Source of the DNA: Armatimonadota bacterium
Lineage (GTDB): Bacteria > Armatimonadota > Fimbriimonadia > Fimbriimonadales > GBS-DC
DNA: 43,471 nt
Direction of reading: 5' to 3'
NCBI GenBank assembly: GCA_037445735.1
Contig: JBBIJY010000023.1
Span: forward strand, 1-43,471
Part shown: positions 1-10,025 of the stretch, piece by piece
Layout: each line of letters begins with the position of its first letter
How positions within the stretch are numbered: position 1 is the stretch's first letter
Position numbers and translations under genes: made by a program
Notes under the pieces: model-generated
The model's database searches: none
Told to the model about the DNA's origin: nothing
What the model saw: only the letters and a program-made list of their open reading frames with translations

Positions 1-1092
1 TGTCGGGATTGGGACGAGCAGTCCTTGATATCGGCTGCATGTGGAAGCGAACACGGGTAGCCGCGCCATCTATGGTGTGAATACCATCACCAGCGGCACC
101 ACCTACGGCGTGTATGGGCAAAGCAACAGCACTTCTGGTACGGGCGTGTATGGCGTAGCATCCGCCACCAGCGGCGATACCATCGGCGTGTTGGGGCAAA
201 GCGCCAGTCCCGATGGCATAGGTGTGCGGGGTTTGGCAAACGCCACCACTGGCATCACCTTCGGCGTGTATGGGCAAAGCGCCAGCACTTCTGGCATAGG
301 TGTGCGGGGTTTGGCAGACGCCACCAGCGGTCTTACCTACGGCGTGTTGGGGTCAAGCGCCAGCACTTCTGGCAGGGGCGTGCTTGGCGCCGCATTCGCC
401 ACCAGCGGTCTTACCTTCGGCGTGTTTGGGCAAAGCCACAGCACCACTGGCAGGGGCGTGTACGGCTTGGCAATCGCCACCAGCGGCAGCGCCTGGGGCG
501 TGTGGGGTGAACGAACAGCTCCGATTCCACCGCCTATGGCGTGCTTGGGGAAGAACCCTCTGGCGGGGCCGGGCACGCGGTCTTTGCTTCTGGAACCCTC
601 GCCGCCTCAGGCACCAAGTCGTTCCAGATTGACCACCCGCTCCGCCCCGAAACGCACTACCTGAACCACTTCTGCGCCGAAGGTCCCGAACCCTACAACC
701 TCTATCGGGGCAATGTCACCACCGACGCGCAAGGCTACGCCGTCGTGCAACTGCCTGACTACTTCGAAGCCATCAATCGCGACCCCACCTACCATCTGAC
801 GGTGATTGATGGCGCGGGCGAGGAATTTGTGCAGGCGCGCGTCGTGCGCAAAATCCAGAACAACCAGTTCGTCATCCGCACCAGTGCGCCGTTTGTGGAG
901 GTCAGCTGGGAAGTGAAAGCCATCCGCAACGACCTGTGGGTGCAGCGCTACGGCTACCAGACCGAGCAGGAGAAGGAGGACGATATCAAGGGCAAGTACC
1001 TGCACCCTGAACTCTATGGTCAGCCGAAGGAGCGGGGGATTCTTTATCGCACTGAACCGACGCCTGCTCCCAATGGGAAGAGCAAACCGTAA
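1..1092 (+). pseudogene. Disrupted repeat-rich fibre/beta-helix-like surface protein (5'-partial) with a C-terminal 'GTKSFxIDHP...E.PE..YRG' domain
   Basis: Frame 2 reads VGIGTSSP*YRLHVEANTGS with an in-frame TGA at 26-28. The GVxG repeats run to GGT(506-508)-GA, then continue as TNSSDSTAYGVLGEE in the frame of ORF 541..1092, so one base is missing at 509-510. The lesions could be sequence errors. Confidence 0.7.
89..510 (+). repeat. Coding tandem repeat, 78 bp (26 aa) period, 5 full copies plus a partial one
   Basis: Units begin at 89, 167, 245, 323, 401 and 479 (T[ST]GxTxGVxGxSxSxxGxGVxGxAxA). Confidence 0.9.
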
Positions 1093-1093
1093 A

Positions 1094-1179
1094 CCCCTCA
1101 CCCCAACCCGCTCCCCAGAGGGGAGAGGGGGTTTCTGAGTCCCTCTCCCCTGTTGGGGGAGAGGGTACGGGTGAGGGGG
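1094..1179. repeat. REP-like inverted pair of palindromes
   Basis: CCCCTCACCCCAACCCGCTCCCCAGAGGGGAGAGGGG, a 10-nt spacer, then CCCTCTCCCCTGTTGGGGGAGAGGGTACGGGTGAGGGG. Each arm is a hairpin and the two arms are inverted. It starts just after the stop at 1092. Confidence 0.75.
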
Positions 1180-1205
1180 CAAATCAAGCGCCGTTGTGTA
1201 CGCAG

Positions 1206-1232
1206 GTAGGGGCGCACGGCTGTGCGCCCTAC
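1206..1232. repeat. GTAG-type REP palindrome
   Basis: GTAGGGGCGCACGGCTGTGCGCCCTAC is a near-perfect palindrome with GTAG/CTAC ends. Confidence 0.7.
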
Positions 1233-1303
1233 CCCCTGTTCGCAGGGAGTTCTCCCGGCTTTCGGGAGAGTTCTCTCCGCAATCGGGGGCATCGTGCTGA
1301 GAT

Positions 1304-1312
1304 GGGTATAAT
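1304..1312 (+). promoter_or_regulatory. -10 box (gggTATAAT) of probably leaderless rnc
   Basis: TATAAT at 1307-1312 lies 7 nt before an in-frame GTG at 1320. Confidence 0.65.
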
Positions 1313-1319
1313 AGCCCGC

Positions 1320-2033
1320 GTGGGCTTCTGGCGGTTGCGAAAAAGCCGTGCGATAACCCCAAAGGTGGATGACGCGCTGTGGACGCAGGCGCTGACCCAT
1401 CGGTCGTTTACGGAGGGCGATCTGGCAGCCAGCAACGAGCGTCTGGAGTTTCTGGGCGACGCCGTGCTGGGGCTGGTGATCGCTGAGCATCTCTATCGGC
1501 TCTTTCCCAACTGGGATCAGGGTCAGCTCTCCAAAGCGCGGGCGAGCCTGGTGCGCGAGAGCGTGCTGTGCGAGGCGGCGCGTCGGGCAGGACTGCCCCA
1601 GCAGCTGCGGCTCAGCCCCGCGGAAGAGGCGGCAGGCGGGCGCGAGCGACCCTCCATCCTCAGCGACGCCTTCGAAGCCGTCATCGCCGCCCTCTACCTT
1701 GACCAGGGCTATGACGCCGCGCGCGCCTACATCCTCCAGCACCTCCAGCCCGAACTCGATGCCCTCACGCAGGGCACCATCCCCATTCAGGACTTCAAAT
1801 CGCTTTTGCAGGAGCGCACGCAAGCCTGGTGGCGCATCACGCCCGTGTATGAGGTGGTGGAGGAACACGGCACGCCCCACCGCAAAACTTTCGTCGTGGA
1901 GGTGCGCCTGCGCGATTTGACCATCGGGCGCGGCACCGGCTCCAGCAAGAAGCAAGCCGAGCAACGCGCCGCCGCCGATGCCCTCCACTACACCGAACAG
2001 AACAGGAGGCAACTCGATGAGACTCTACGCTGA
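1320..2033 (+). CDS. rnc: Ribonuclease III
   Basis: ALTHRS, NERLEFLGDAVL and DAFEA motifs plus a C-terminal dsRBD (DFKSLLQE...G.GSSKKQAEQ). Start re-assigned to GTG 1320. Confidence 0.97.
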   Translation: MGFWRLRKSRAITPKVDDALWTQALTHRSFTEGDLAASNERLEFLGDAVLGLVIAEHLYRLFPNWDQGQLSKARASLVRESVLCEAARRAGLPQQLRLSPAEEAAGGRERPSILSDAFEAVIAALYLDQGYDAARAYILQHLQPELDALTQGTIPIQDFKSLLQERTQAWWRITPVYEVVEEHGTPHRKTFVVEVRLRDLTIGRGTGSSKKQAEQRAAADALHYTEQNRRQLDETLR

Positions 2034-2823
2034 AATCGGAGTGTTTGGCGGCTCCGGATTCTATTCGTTTCTGGAGAATGTGGAGCAGTATAAGATCGAC
2101 ACGCCGTACGGTGCGCCGAGCGACCTCATCACGATTGGTGAGGTGGCGGGTCGGCGCGTGGCGTTCCTGCCCCGACACGGACGCCAGCACAGTATCCCGC
2201 CCCATAAAATCAACTATCGCGCCAACCTCTGGGCGATGAAGGAGCTGGGCGTCACGCGCATCATCAGCCCCTGCGCCGCAGGCAGCCTGCAAGCCCATGT
2301 CAAGCCGGGCGATTTCGTGGTCGCGGATCAGTATGTCGACCGCACGCATGGTAGAGCCGATACCTTCTACGAGGGTCCCACCGTCCACCATGTATCGCCT
2401 GCCGACCCCTACTGCCCCGTGCTGCGCCAGATTGCCATCGACGAGATTCGGGCGCGCGGCATCCCCGTGCATGAGCGCGGCACGATTGTGGTCATCAACG
2501 GACCGCGCTTCTCCACCAAAGCCGAGAGCCGATGGTTCACCTCGATGGGCTGGGAGGTCATCAACATGACCCAGTATCCCGAGGCGTATCTGGCGCGGGA
2601 GCTGGCGATGTGCGTGGTCAACATCTCACTGATTACCGATTATGACAGCGGGCTGGTGGCAGAGGGCGAGGTTCAGCCCGTGACCGCCGAAGAGGTGATG
2701 AAGGTGTTCCATCAGAACGCGGAACGCATTCGCGAGGTGATTTTCGGGATGATCGCCCGAATCCCCAGCGAGCGCAACTGCCCCTGCCCGCATGTGCTGG
2801 ACTACGCTAAAGTGATTGTGTGA
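2017..2823 (+). CDS. mtnP: S-methyl-5'-thioadenosine phosphorylase (PNP/MTAP family)
   Basis: IGVFGGSG, FLPRHG, INYRAN, GPRFSTKAES, INMT and TDYD motifs. AGGAGG precedes ATG 2017. Confidence 0.93.
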   Translation: MRLYAEIGVFGGSGFYSFLENVEQYKIDTPYGAPSDLITIGEVAGRRVAFLPRHGRQHSIPPHKINYRANLWAMKELGVTRIISPCAAGSLQAHVKPGDFVVADQYVDRTHGRADTFYEGPTVHHVSPADPYCPVLRQIAIDEIRARGIPVHERGTIVVINGPRFSTKAESRWFTSMGWEVINMTQYPEAYLARELAMCVVNISLITDYDSGLVAEGEVQPVTAEEVMKVFHQNAERIREVIFGMIARIPSERNCPCPHVLDYAKVIV

Positions 2824-2837
2824 AGGAGGTGAAAGCG

Positions 2838-2948
2838 ATGCGGATGCGCGAGCGCGAGCTGCGGCAGCGGCGCCATCGGCGCATGAAGCGCCTGAAGGCG
2901 CGACGGCGTGCCGCCATCAAAGCCGCCCAGAGCCAGAAACGCGCCTAA
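2838..2948 (+). CDS. Small Arg/Lys-rich protein (36 aa), not in the ORF track
   Basis: AAGGAGGT Shine-Dalgarno 7 nt before the ATG. Sequence: MRMRERELRQRRHRRMKRLKARRRAAIKAAQSQKRA*. It fills the gap between mtnP and the convergent permease. Confidence 0.7.
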   Translation: MRMRERELRQRRHRRMKRLKARRRAAIKAAQSQKRA

Positions 2949-4084
2949 ACAATCCGGCGCTCCACAATCGCCACCGGGTCAAAAGTGCGCAGGCGCCAGC
3001 CGATGGTCGTCAGCGCGAACAGCAGCACCATCACGGGCACGGGCAGCGTGTAGCGGTAGGCGATGGGGTCGAGCGGCTCCAGATAGAGTCCGCGCGGCTC
3101 CATCACCGCCCACTTCGCCCAGCTCAGCGCCGTTAGTGCCAGCAGCACGCCCAGCACCCAGCCCAGCAGCACCACCAGCACCGTCTCCGCTGACACCCGC
3201 GCCAGCAAACTGCGCCGCGTGTAGCCCATCGCCTGCAACAGCCCGAACTCCACCAGCCGCTGCTGAAAATAGATGTTCGCCAGCAGCCCCGTCATCGTCG
3301 CCAGCATCAGCGACACCACCAGCACCACCACACCCGTGATAAAGTAGAGGTTCCGAAACGCGCGATGGGTCTCCCGCTGCAGCTCGGCGTAAATCCAGAC
3401 GCGCGCCTGCTTGCCCCGCAGAGTCGTCAGCAGCCACCGATCCAGTTTGGGCTGCTGCCGCACATCGGCTGCTAACACCAGCAGGTTGCGCAACGGCGGG
3501 AAAAAGTGGCGGCGCGTGAACTCCTCGGAGGTGATTGCCATCCATGTATCACCCTTCAAGACGCCCACCACGCGCACGGGCACTGGCGCGTACTGGTCGG
3601 GCACCAGCGGCGACAGCACCACATCGCCGATGCGCAGCTTCTTGTTGCGCATCAGCGGCTCCGAGAGCGCGACTTCAGGTGCGCCCGGTGCAGGATAGCG
3701 TCCCGCGCCCAGCTCCAGCCCGCAGCGTGCCACCAACCGCTCCATTTTGTCATGGGGCAGCCCGAAAATCACAAAGGGCATCTTGCCCACAATCGTCTCC
3801 GCCGTCATGAAGCAGACTACCGTCTCATACACCTCGCCCACGCCGGGCGCCCGCTCCACCAGCGCCCGCAGTTCAGGTTTCAGCTCCTCGCCTCCGCGCG
3901 GCGTCACCGCCGCAAAGTAGCGATTGTAATCATAAATTTTGAGAATCGTGCGGTCGATGGAGTTCAGGAGCGCGACCACGCAGGCAATTGTCAGCACCGC
4001 GAGCGTCAGCACCAGCGTCAACGGCAAACTCCGCCCCGGATTGCGCACCAGAAACAGCACGGGCGACAGCGGATGACGCCACAT
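2945..4084 (-). CDS. FtsX/MacB-like ABC transporter permease
   Basis: N-terminal TM, periplasmic GRYP motif, and QQRLVEFGLLQAMGYTR followed by TM helices. Start at ATG 4084 or GTG 4087, downstream of TACAAT (4098-4093). Confidence 0.85.
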   Translation of the reverse strand: MWRHPLSPVLFLVRNPGRSLPLTLVLTLAVLTIACVVALLNSIDRTILKIYDYNRYFAAVTPRGGEELKPELRALVERAPGVGEVYETVVCFMTAETIVGKMPFVIFGLPHDKMERLVARCGLELGAGRYPAPGAPEVALSEPLMRNKKLRIGDVVLSPLVPDQYAPVPVRVVGVLKGDTWMAITSEEFTRRHFFPPLRNLLVLAADVRQQPKLDRWLLTTLRGKQARVWIYAELQRETHRAFRNLYFITGVVVLVVSLMLATMTGLLANIYFQQRLVEFGLLQAMGYTRRSLLARVSAETVLVVLLGWVLGVLLALTALSWAKWAVMEPRGLYLEPLDPIAYRYTLPVPVMVLLFALTTIGWRLRTFDPVAIVERRIV

Positions 4085-4148
4085 CACCCTTGATTGTACC
4101 TCCGTTGAAGAACTGGAAAAGGGATAGACAGGCAGTGGCAAAAGCATG

Positions 4149-4474
<326 letters not shown>

Positions 4475-4478
<4 letters not shown>

Positions 4479-5098
4479 CGTTCTGCCTCCTGTAGCCAGC
4501 CACCTGCCCGCAGGGCGCCCAGAATGGCTTCCTGCAGGGCGTCCAGTGGCTGCGTGCCGTCCAGCACCCTGAAGCGCACTGGCTCGCGCTCCGCAAGGTG
4601 CAGGTAGCCCTCGCGCACGCGCCGATGGAACTCGAGCTGCTCGCGCTCAAATCGGTTCGGCGTGCGCGCCCGTGTTAGTGCCTGCTCCACGGGCAGGTCG
4701 ATCAGGAAGGTGAGGTTCGGTTGCAAGCCGTCGGTCGCAAACCGATTGAGCTGGTGCAGCCATTCGATATCCAGCCCGCGCCCGTAGCCCTGATAGGCGA
4801 GCGTCGAGTCGGCGTAGCGATCGCTGATGACCCATCGCCCTGCCTGCAGCGCGGGACCAATCACCGTGCGCACATGGTGGCTGCGGTTCGCTAAAAAGAG
4901 CAGCAGCTCGGTGATGGGGTCGATGGGGTGCTGCAGGAGCCACTGGCGGATGGCATCACCCAGCGCGCTGCCGCCTGGCTCGCAGGTGAGCAGGGCGGGA
5001 ATGGCATGCTGATGGAGCCAGTCGGCGAGCCACTGGCTCAGCGTGGTTTTGCCCGCGCCTTCGATGCCTTCGAAGGTGATGAACGGCGCGTGGCGCAT
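4475..5098 (-). CDS. tmk: Thymidylate kinase
   Basis: FITFEGIEGAGKTT P-loop, EPGG and DRYADSTLAYQGYGRG. Confidence 0.97.
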
Positions 5099-6712
5099 TT
5101 AGCGCTCCCCCTGTTCGTCCATGTAGATGGGCAGGATTCGCACGCGGCGGCGCGGCTCTTCACCCACGCTCTCCGACAGCAGGCGGTACTTTTCGATGAG
5201 CTGGTGCTGCAGGCGGCGCAGGTAGGCGTTCTGGGGCGAGAGTTCGTACGGCTGCGCGGTCGCCAGCACATATTCGACGCCCTCTTCGGCTTCGCGCAGG
5301 GCGCGCTCCTCCGCGCTCTCGTCGGCTTGCGGGCGCTGAAACAGCTCGCGCAGCGCACTGGCAAGCTGCGAGTAGGTGTTGCTCCGCACGACGGCAATCG
5401 GAATCTGTTTCTGCAGCGCCTCGCGCACTTTGGGCGGGCGACGCTGGAAGGTGGAATGGATGACCACCATCGCGTCGGCGTCGCTCACATCGCGCGCGAT
5501 GTAGGCGGGCAGGCGCAGCTCGCGCAGCGCCTTCTCCAGTCGGCTGCGGCTGACCCCATAGGGGAAGATTCGGGTGGGCGTGCGCGGGGCTGACCCCGCA
5601 TCAGGCGTGATGACCAGCGGCGTGCCCGGCGACGGCTCCGTCACAGGCGGGCGTTCGATGCCCTCCGCGCCCGCGCGCGGCAACAGGTCGCTCCGCTGCA
5701 CTATCTCGATCTCGCCTGTGGGCGACTGCACCCGAATCTCAGGGCGTGGCGGGATACCGCGCAGCATCCGATCGACCGTCTGCGCCACATCGTGATGCAC
5801 CGCCAGCCGATGGAAGTCGAGAATCTCGATCACCACATCGAAGGTGGGGGGCGCTTTGCGTTCCAGCACGGTCTTCTGGGTACCGCGGCGGCGGGCTTCC
5901 TCGTCGGAGAGCGTGACGGTCTGCACGCCGCCCACCAGGTCAGACAGCGTGGGGTTCATCAGTAGGTTCTCCAGCGAGGTGCCGTGCGCGGTGCCGATGA
6001 GCTGCACGCCCCGCTCGGCGATCGTGCGGGCAGCATACGCCTCCAGCTCGGTGCCAATCTCGTCGATGATGATGACCTCAGGCATGTGGTTCTCAACGGC
6101 TTCGATCATCACGGCGTGCTGGAGGCTCGGCTCCGGCACCTGCATGCGGCGGGCGAAGCCGATGCCCGGATGCGGGATGTCGCCGTCGCCGGCGATCTCG
6201 TTGGAGGTGTCCACAATCACCACGCGCTTGTCGTACTCGTCCGCCAGCACGCGGGCGACCTCACGCAGGCGTGTCGTCTTGCCCACGCCCGGCTTACCTA
6301 ACAGCAGGATGTTTTTGCCAGAGGCGACAATATCGTGAATGATGTCGATGGTGCCATAGATGGCGCGTCCCACCCGACAGGTCAGCCCGATAATGCGCCC
6401 CTGGCGGTTGCGAATCGCCGAGATGCGATGCAGCGTGCGCGGGATGCCCGCGCGGTTGTCCTTGCCGAACGCCCCTATCCGATCCGCCACATACTTGAGA
6501 TCGTACTCCTCGACCTGCGTGTTCTCGAGGCGGATCGTGCGGTTCATGAATCGCGCTTCGGGCATCCGCCCCAGGTCCAGCACGACCTCCAGCAGTTCCT
6601 CCAGATCGGGCTGCTCCTCCAGCCACTGGCGAATGGTTGGGGGCAGCACCTCCAGCATCGCAGTCAAATCGTCCGTTATCGCGCGCTCCGATTGAGTCAC
6701 AGGCTGTGCCAT
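5099..6712 (-). CDS. Ycf45/SpoIIIAA-like AAA ATPase with C-terminal R3H domain
   Basis: [37 protein letters not shown] and TAHG motifs; the R3H-like [15 protein letters not shown]...[11 protein letters not shown] segment. Start re-assigned to ATG 6712. Confidence 0.9.
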   Translation of the reverse strand: MAQPVTQSERAITDDLTAMLEVLPPTIRQWLEEQPDLEELLEVVLDLGRMPEARFMNRTIRLENTQVEEYDLKYVADRIGAFGKDNRAGIPRTLHRISAIRNRQGRIIGLTCRVGRAIYGTIDIIHDIVASGKNILLLGKPGVGKTTRLREVARVLADEYDKRVVIVDTSNEIAGDGDIPHPGIGFARRMQVPEPSLQHAVMIEAVENHMPEVIIIDEIGTELEAYAARTIAERGVQLIGTAHGTSLENLLMNPTLSDLVGGVQTVTLSDEEARRRGTQKTVLERKAPPTFDVVIEILDFHRLAVHHDVAQTVDRMLRGIPPRPEIRVQSPTGEIEIVQRSDLLPRAGAEGIERPPVTEPSPGTPLVITPDAGSAPRTPTRIFPYGVSRSRLEKALRELRLPAYIARDVSDADAMVVIHSTFQRRPPKVREALQKQIPIAVVRSNTYSQLASALRELFQRPQADESAEERALREAEEGVEYVLATAQPYELSPQNAYLRRLQHQLIEKYRLLSESVGEEPRRRVRILPIYMDEQGER

Positions 6713-6730
6713 ATCGCTATCGCTATATCG

Positions 6731-6757
6731 ATTATACCCCTCTGCAGGGGGTAAACT
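6731..6757. promoter_or_regulatory. Back-to-back divergent -10 boxes
   Basis: Minus-strand ggggTATAAT (6740-6731) and plus-strand gggTAAACT (6749-6757, 7 nt before ATG 6765). Confidence 0.6.
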
Positions 6758-6764
6758 CACAGTG

Positions 6765-8144
6765 ATGATTGCGACCGTCAATCCCGCAACGGGCGAGCAG
6801 GTGCGAGTCTATACGCCGATGGAGGCCGGGGCGGTGGAGCGCCTCATAGAGCGCGTGCATGCGGTTTATCAGGAGTGGCGATGGGCGACCTTCGCCGAGC
6901 GTGCCGCCCCCATGCGCCGACTGGCGCAGCTCTTACGCGAGCGCAGGGAGGCGTACGCCCGCCTCATTACCGAAGAGATGGGCAAGCCGATAGTGCAGGC
7001 GCGTGCCGAGATCGATAAATGCGCCTGGGGCTGCGACTACTTCGCCGAGCATGCCGAATCGATGCTTGCGCCGCTGGAAGTGCCCACCGAAACGTGGCGC
7101 AGTTATGTCGTTTTTCAGCCACTGGGCGCGATCTTAGCCATTATGCCGTGGAACTTCCCTTTCTGGCAGGTGTTTCGGTTTGCCGCGCCCGCGCTGATGG
7201 CGGGGAATGCGGTCGTGCTGAAGCATGCGCCCAGCACACCCGGCTGCGCCCTCGCCATAGAATCGCTCATGCAGGAGGCAGGCTTCCCACCGAACCTGCT
7301 GCGAGCCGTGCTGGTGGAAAACGAGCAGGTGGAACCCATCATTCGCCACCCGCTGATTGCAGGCGTGACGCTCACAGGTAGCCCGCGCGCCGGACGCGCC
7401 GTCGCCCGAATCGCAGGCGAAGAACTCAAAAAGTGCGTGCTGGAGCTGGGCGGCAGCGACCCCGCCATCATCCTTGCCGACGCCGACCTGCAACACGCGC
7501 TGAACCAGTGTGCCACCGCACGCCTCATCAACTCCGGGCAGAGCTGCATCGCCGCCAAACGCTTCATCGTGGAGCAGCCGCTGTACGAGCCGTTTGTGCA
7601 GGGCTTTGTGGAGCGCATGCAGGCGCAGAAGATGGGCGACCCGCTGGATGAAAGCACCACGATTGGTCCGATTGCTCGCGCCGATTTGCGCGAGAACCTG
7701 CATCGGCAGGTTCAGCAGAGCATCGAGCAGGGCGCACAGTGCCTGCTGGGCGGCACAATACCGGAAGGGCGCGGCTTCTTCTACCCGCCAACCGTGCTGG
7801 TCAATATCCAGCGGGGCATGCCTGTGTGGGATGAGGAGACCTTCGGACCGGTCGCGCCCATCCGTGCCGCCGCGAGCCGCGACGAGGCAATCCAGCTGGC
7901 GAACGACACCCCCTACGGGCTGGGCGCGAGCGTCTACACGCGCGACCTGGCACTCGGCGAGCCAATCGCCGCGCAACAGCTGGAAGCGGGCAACGCCTTC
8001 GTCAACAGTTTCGTGTTCTCCGACCCGCGCCTGCCCTTCGGCGGAATCAAGCAGAGCGGCTACGGACGCGAACTCGGCGTCTTCGGCATCCGCGAGTTCA
8101 CCAATATCAAAACGGTCTACATCAGCAACCCTGCAGGCGGTTAG
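6765..8144 (+). CDS. NAD(P)-dependent succinate-semialdehyde dehydrogenase-like aldehyde dehydrogenase (Sad/GabD family)
   Basis: [43 protein letters not shown] and [13 protein letters not shown] motifs. Confidence 0.93.
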   Translation: MIATVNPATGEQVRVYTPMEAGAVERLIERVHAVYQEWRWATFAERAAPMRRLAQLLRERREAYARLITEEMGKPIVQARAEIDKCAWGCDYFAEHAESMLAPLEVPTETWRSYVVFQPLGAILAIMPWNFPFWQVFRFAAPALMAGNAVVLKHAPSTPGCALAIESLMQEAGFPPNLLRAVLVENEQVEPIIRHPLIAGVTLTGSPRAGRAVARIAGEELKKCVLELGGSDPAIILADADLQHALNQCATARLINSGQSCIAAKRFIVEQPLYEPFVQGFVERMQAQKMGDPLDESTTIGPIARADLRENLHRQVQQSIEQGAQCLLGGTIPEGRGFFYPPTVLVNIQRGMPVWDEETFGPVAPIRAAASRDEAIQLANDTPYGLGASVYTRDLALGEPIAAQQLEAGNAFVNSFVFSDPRLPFGGIKQSGYGRELGVFGIREFTNIKTVYISNPAGG

Positions 8145-8246
8145 CAAAGCGGGCGAAGGCTTTATCGAACACACCCTGTCAGGAGGCGTCTAATGCAGGT
8201 AATGGCGCGGCGGGTACACTGAAGAGCGAACAGGGAAGGCAGAGCT

Positions 8247-9986
8247 ATGAAAAGGCGTGTTCTTATCGGTGTCGGGATTGTGGCGATCCTGCTGGTCGGG
8301 CTGTGGTGGTGGCGCGGGCGTGGGCAGTCGGCAGCCTCCAATCAGCCCCAGTATCGCACGGCGGAGGTGGTGCGCACCACCGTCGTGCGCTCCATCACCG
8401 CCACCGGCACCCTGCGAACCTACAATATCGTGGATGTCAAATCCAAAGCGGGCGGCATCGTCAGCAAGCTCTATGTGGATGTGGGCGATGTGGTCAGGCG
8501 GGGTCAACTGCTGGCACGGATCGACCCTGCCGACACGCTGGCTGCCTACAATCAGGCGAAAGCCGATCTGGAGGCGGCGAACGCCCGTATCGAGCAGGCG
8601 CAGGAGAGCCTGCAGCTCCAGCGCGAGCAGAGCCAGCTGGCGCTTCAGCAGGCAGAGGCAAACCTGCGCGCCGCTAAAGCCCGCCTGCAACAAGCCGAAG
8701 AGCGGGCAAAAGCGCAACCGGTCATCACCGAAGCGCAACTGCAAGCCGCGCGCACCGCGCTGGAGACCGCCCGCAAAGCGCTGGAACAGCTGGAACAGGT
8801 TACCATCCCGCAGGAGCGCGCCGAAGCGCAGGCGAACTATAACGCTGCCCGTCAGGCGCTTGAAGCCGCCCAGCGCAACCACAACCGCCTGAAGGAACTC
8901 CTGCAAAAGGGTTATGTCTCCCAGCAACAGGTGGATAACGCCGCCAGCCAGTTAGAGAGCGCGCGCAGCCAGTTCATCGCAGCGGAGAAACGTCTGCAAA
9001 CGCTGGAGGAAGACATAGAGGCGCGGCTGGCGAGCGCGCGCGCCCGCGTGCAGGAAGCCGAAGCGAACCTGCGCTCCGCCGAAGCGAACCGCAATCAGGT
9101 CATTCTGGCACAGCAGGCATTAGAGGAGGCGCGCGCCCAGTATAAGCAGGCGGAAACCGCCCTCCAGCAAGCCCGCTCCAACCTGCGCCAGATTCGATTG
9201 CGCGAAGCCGATATTGCCGCCGCGAAAGCCCAGCGCGCCCGCGCCGAAGCCCAGCTCTACAACGCCCAGGTGCAGCTCGACAGCACCACCATCATCGCCC
9301 CGCGCGACGGCGTGGTCATCGCCCGCAATGTGGAAGAAGGCACCATCGTGCCACCCGGCACCTCGCTCTACTCACAGGGCACCACCCTCCTGCAGATTGC
9401 CGACACCTCCCGCATGTATGTGGAGGTCTCCGTCGACGAAGCCGACATCGGCATGGTGCGTGTGGGTCAGCCCGTGCTGATCCGAATCGACGCCTTCCCC
9501 GAGACCACTTTTCGCGGGCGCGTGAGCCGCATCGACCCGCAAGCCGTGCTGGAGCAGAATGTGACGGTGGTCAAGGTGCGCGTGGAGGTGCTCAAACCTG
9601 ACCCGCGCCTCAAGCCCGGCTTGAACGCCACCTGCGAGTTCCTGGTGGCACGCAAGCCGAATGTGTTAGCGGTGCCGAACGAAGCGGTGCAGGAATCGCC
9701 CGAAGGCACCTATGTGGAGGTGCTGGTGCGCGGTCAGCCCCAGCGCCGCCCCGTGAAGGTGGGCATTCAGGGCAACGAGCTGACCGAGATTATCGAAGGC
9801 TTGCAGGAGGGCGAGACGGTGGTCGCGGGACGCATCTACCCGCAGCTGGGCAATCAGGCAGGCTCGCCGTTCGGCAGCCCGTTCGGACCGCGCCGCTCCC
9901 AGCAGCAGCGCCCAGGCGGTAGCGGTGGTGGTCAGGCAGGCGGCTTCCAGCGGTTCAATCGCCCAGGCGCAGGTGCAGGACGCTGA
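8247..9986 (+). CDS. Efflux periplasmic adaptor subunit (MacA/HlyD family) with long coiled coil
   Basis: N-terminal TM, VDVGDVVRRGQLLARIDP lipoyl half-motif, IIAPRDGVV, VDEADIG.V.VGQ and LKPGLNA. Confidence 0.9.
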   Translation: MKRRVLIGVGIVAILLVGLWWWRGRGQSAASNQPQYRTAEVVRTTVVRSITATGTLRTYNIVDVKSKAGGIVSKLYVDVGDVVRRGQLLARIDPADTLAAYNQAKADLEAANARIEQAQESLQLQREQSQLALQQAEANLRAAKARLQQAEERAKAQPVITEAQLQAARTALETARKALEQLEQVTIPQERAEAQANYNAARQALEAAQRNHNRLKELLQKGYVSQQQVDNAASQLESARSQFIAAEKRLQTLEEDIEARLASARARVQEAEANLRSAEANRNQVILAQQALEEARAQYKQAETALQQARSNLRQIRLREADIAAAKAQRARAEAQLYNAQVQLDSTTIIAPRDGVVIARNVEEGTIVPPGTSLYSQGTTLLQIADTSRMYVEVSVDEADIGMVRVGQPVLIRIDAFPETTFRGRVSRIDPQAVLEQNVTVVKVRVEVLKPDPRLKPGLNATCEFLVARKPNVLAVPNEAVQESPEGTYVEVLVRGQPQRRPVKVGIQGNELTEIIEGLQEGETVVAGRIYPQLGNQAGSPFGSPFGPRRSQQQRPGGSGGGQAGGFQRFNRPGAGAGR

Positions 9987-10025
9987 GATTCGCGCTACAC
10001 GGGCAATCAGGGTATTATCGGAGGC

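Noticed and set aside
89..510. 78-bp periodic repeats as a CRISPR array
   Set aside because: They are in-frame coding repeats with degenerate units and no unique spacers, and no cas genes are present.
1194..1319. Longer N-termini in the ORF track (rnc 1194, 4237, 6781, 16347, 26379, 27852, 38344, 39086, 42756)
   Set aside because: They run through repeats, promoters or neighbouring genes; SD or -10 signals support the shorter starts.
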